DNA of 61,575 nucleotides, filler included, from Asterionella formosa (lineage: Eukaryota): the NCBI GenBank assembly GCA_002256025.1. It is 22 parts of 22 records of this genome, joined end to end, with 100 filler letters (N's around TTAATTAATTAA, not from the genome) between each part and the next. Parts side by side here need not be neighbours in the genome. Positions count along the whole stretch, not along the records: positions 58,880 to 61,575 come from NKIB01014940.1; 21 more parts are not named here. One strand, given 5' to 3'. A program made the position numbers and the translations under genes. Position 1 is the first letter of the stretch, and each line of letters starts with the position of its first letter. The notes under the pieces were generated by a model, which was given only the letters and a program-made list of their open reading frames with translations, had not been told where the DNA came from and searched no databases. Shown here piece by piece: positions 58,780-61,575 of this stretch.

Positions 58780-59166
58780 NNNNNNNNNNNNNNNNNNNNN
58801 NNNNNNNNNNNNNNNNNNNNNNNTTAATTAATTAANNNNNNNNNNNNNNNNNNNNNNNNNNNNNNNNNNNNNNNNNNNNATCAGCATAAAAATCTTCAAT
58901 GCAGAATTCTGAATAGATGCTTTTGATTGTATCATTCATATTTCCTCTATCACTGATAACACAATATGTTCCAAGCGCCGCTTTGATGTCGTCTACTGAT
59001 AAAATAAATAGAATCCAATGAGTCGAGAATCAAAATTTATAATGATTAGAAACCAAGACATGCGACACTTATTGACAAATGAATTAAGATGCATACTTCG
59101 TGACAAGTGAGTTAGATGGTTACTTAATGAATATGCTCACTTATTGTAAAAGCAAGGAAGATTATA

Positions 59167-59306
59167 TATACGAAAATCCTGTGCCACTTAGCGTACGATA
59201 CCCTTGATCATATTTTCATGATATTTTTTATTTACAGACGTGCTTGTAGGGGGCTAACCCACTTTTCCTTGCACACAAGGCAAGGCCATGCGGGACAGTA
59301 AAGAGT
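59167..59306. repeat. Composite repeat: 59167-59240 matches 57275-57347; 59241-59306 matches the SINE-like body 51100-51165
   Basis: AAAATCCTGTGCCACTTAGCGTACGATACCCTTGATC shared with contig 21; TGCTTGTAGGGGG..AACCCACTTTTCCTTGCACAC shared with contig 19. Confidence 0.85.
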
Positions 59307-61575
59307 TCATTAAATCCAAGTCTTCTTCTGATCATCTAAATTGTGTTCAACTACTTCTGCATGTGATAGTATTCAGGAACTGGAAGACGGTTTTGTTATA
59401 GAGTTCACAAATCGCTCAGCAAGTTCTATTTGTATTCAGCAAATTCAATTCGCAGTCAGCAAATTCTAGTCCTTGTAAGCAAGTGGACATCATGATAGAA
59501 GTGGTTGATGAAACTGAACTTACCGGGATCAAACAGCTGATTATTGTCCTGATCTGGATGGTTCAACTGCAATCTATTGATGAAGTGGAACATATCATTT
59601 AAAGCATCGTTAAATGTTAGTGAGCAAAGATTTGAAGGCATTTAAATTAGGTTACATCACTACAATATCATTTGAATTGGTGCAATGGAAAAGTGAAGTG
59701 ACAGGGAGTCCAAGCTTCTTCCCCAGTGTGTAATAAGTTCAATGCTGATGGTAGGGTATCAACTTGACAACAGCTAAAATATTTGTGGCTAACATTTTTT
59801 ATTCCTCTCCCACTCTTATTTTTCCTGGATAGTGCCTGGTAGAATGAAGTACTGTATGATTCAGTGTCCTGGCCCCCAATGTACACTGCCACGACTGAAT
59901 TTGACTGATTTTACTAATAGAGGGGGGCAGGAAAATGAAGAGATTTCTTTTATAATTGACCTACATAAATTTTTATTGGTTCTACCGGATGGCGCACATT
60001 TTTTTAATATGTATTAATATGACAATTATTTCCATCTGGTGAAAATGAGAGAGTTCTTCACCTCGCAAGAAAAATGATACTTCATGTTGCTATCAGCAAT
60101 CTCAATTTTCGTTCATCATTATAATTAGTGTTATTACTTTACTTCTTTCATCATTGCATTTTCTAGGTTATGCTCAATGTATGTAGCAAGCAGCAAAGCG
60201 TTGTTCTCAATTTTCGCAGAGATAATTCGTATTTTCGTCATGGTCAAGGTTGTGACAACATGATGCAGGATCCCCCAGCTGATCACAACCACCCTGCGCA
60301 CTCTAGTGTTTTATATGTACGATGTAGTCGCAAAATCATAGCTAAATAGTTATATACCAGTGCCTACGAGAAAAACAGAATTATGGGAAGGTTCTCTATC
60401 AGGTACCGGGTCCCAATATTACAATACCGTTATTTTATGTCCTTTCCTGCAATGCATTATCACTACTTTGTGTACCAGGTACCTGGTAGTATAGTAGACA
60501 CAGGTGGGTGTGATCCGCCTGTGGTACAATTCATTCTCGTGTGTACGTTTTGTACTGACTCTTTCGGTGTCGGTTTGACCTACATAAAATTGATGGTGTG
60601 AAGAAGTTAAAAATCAAAACGACTGCGAACAACCCTCATTCGCATCCTCGCTTGATTGCAATCATGAAACGGTATTAAATAAGGTAGCTAAGAATTTAGG
60701 ATTCTTTTTACCATAATTTTCTATTGCCCTTCCAGTCTCGAAATGATGGTTGCATGTGTGACGACGCTACCATATTAACTTAGTTACGGGACCTCGTACC
60801 AGGTAGAGCGAATGATCAATGATCTGTGTGTTTTATAACAATGTTGAAAACGGGAACAACTTTTAATCGTACATGAATGGGAAGCTATGTACCGGTGATA
60901 CGGCATTTATTCATACTCAAAACAACGGATACACATGTATCGATGAACAAAGTATCTGGCTGTCGTTTGTTTAGCTGTAGCTGGTACCTGGTAGGTACCA
61001 GGGACTCGAAGTATCTGATAGTACCAGGTACCGATTAGCACCTGCCTCGTAACTAAGAGGTACGAGGGTACTCCAGACCTCCAGGAAACTTGGGCAGCAC
61101 TCGACCTCCTCCGGTTTATGCTTGTTTAATCGTGGATTCACACGCCTTGTAACGGTTACCTTTTTCTTACATGTCATGAAGGTTCACCCGTAACAGGTGG
61201 TCCCTAAACTATTCTCCTATGACATACCAATGAAGCTTTATTGGTTCGTGCCGCTTTAATTCTTCGCAGAAAGTATGTGTCCTTGTATGAGTTGCAGGGT
61301 ACCTGGTACCTGGTAGTAAGTATGTAAGTATGTAAGCAGGTGACCAAGGAGAAGAATAACAAACTATCTACACCAAACTTTTGTTCGCAATCCATTCCTT
61401 CATCGCACAGTTAGTGACAAACTTTTGTTGCGTCTGTTTCATCGTTTGAATAAACAAATCAGTGTTTCGTCAGGAATTCAATTCGAATCACCCCATCACG
61501 TCAACAAACCATCGATTTTTAGCAGCTTTAGTCTCGAAGCGTCAATTCAGTCGATGGGGTAAGTTCATCACCATT

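Noticed and set aside
61035..61110. GC-rich hairpins (CCTCGTA/TACGAGG; CCAG-GAAA-CTTGG) suggesting SRP or another ncRNA
   Set aside because: Conserved SRP, snRNA or RNase P motifs could not be matched; an Infernal/Rfam scan would settle it.

Overview
This window is not one locus. It is 22 unplaced contigs of about 2.7 kb, in near-decreasing size order, joined by 21 artificial 100-bp spacers (N44-TTAATTAATTAA-N44), so nothing can be inferred across spacers. The DNA is eukaryotic nuclear sequence, most likely from a diatom, judged by GT-AG introns, ASAFAP-type plastid-targeting peptides, a diatom-type 5S rRNA and CoDi-like copia elements. Complete host genes: a secreted heme peroxidase, a 4-exon TM9SF/nonaspanin, a 3-exon thylakoid-lumen protein and a 5S rRNA gene. 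Partial host genes: a plastid-type pseudokinase, a ThiD-domain protein, an ABCB transporter, SAE1/AOS1, two BTB proteins and a GT31-like glycosyltransferase (two alleles). Much of the rest is mobile DNA: two Ty1/copia families, two open copies of an APE-RT LINE, a plant-type mariner relic, an IS630-Tc1-mariner relic, a tRNA-derived SINE-like element and several unclassified dispersed repeats. Three contig pairs (5/20, 7/18, 13/14) share identical end points. Most interesting: (1) a copia element whose gag and pol are in frame, separated by a single UGA followed by a GC-rich hairpin and a hydrophobic insert, a candidate for programmed stop-codon readthrough; (2) a self-complementary (GGTACCW)n motif family forming perfect palindromes and found upstream of nearly every host gene start; (3) a tRNA-derived SINE-like family; (4) Helitron-like termini and a captured PGRL1 fragment. 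All identifications are by eye and from recalled motifs; no searches were run.
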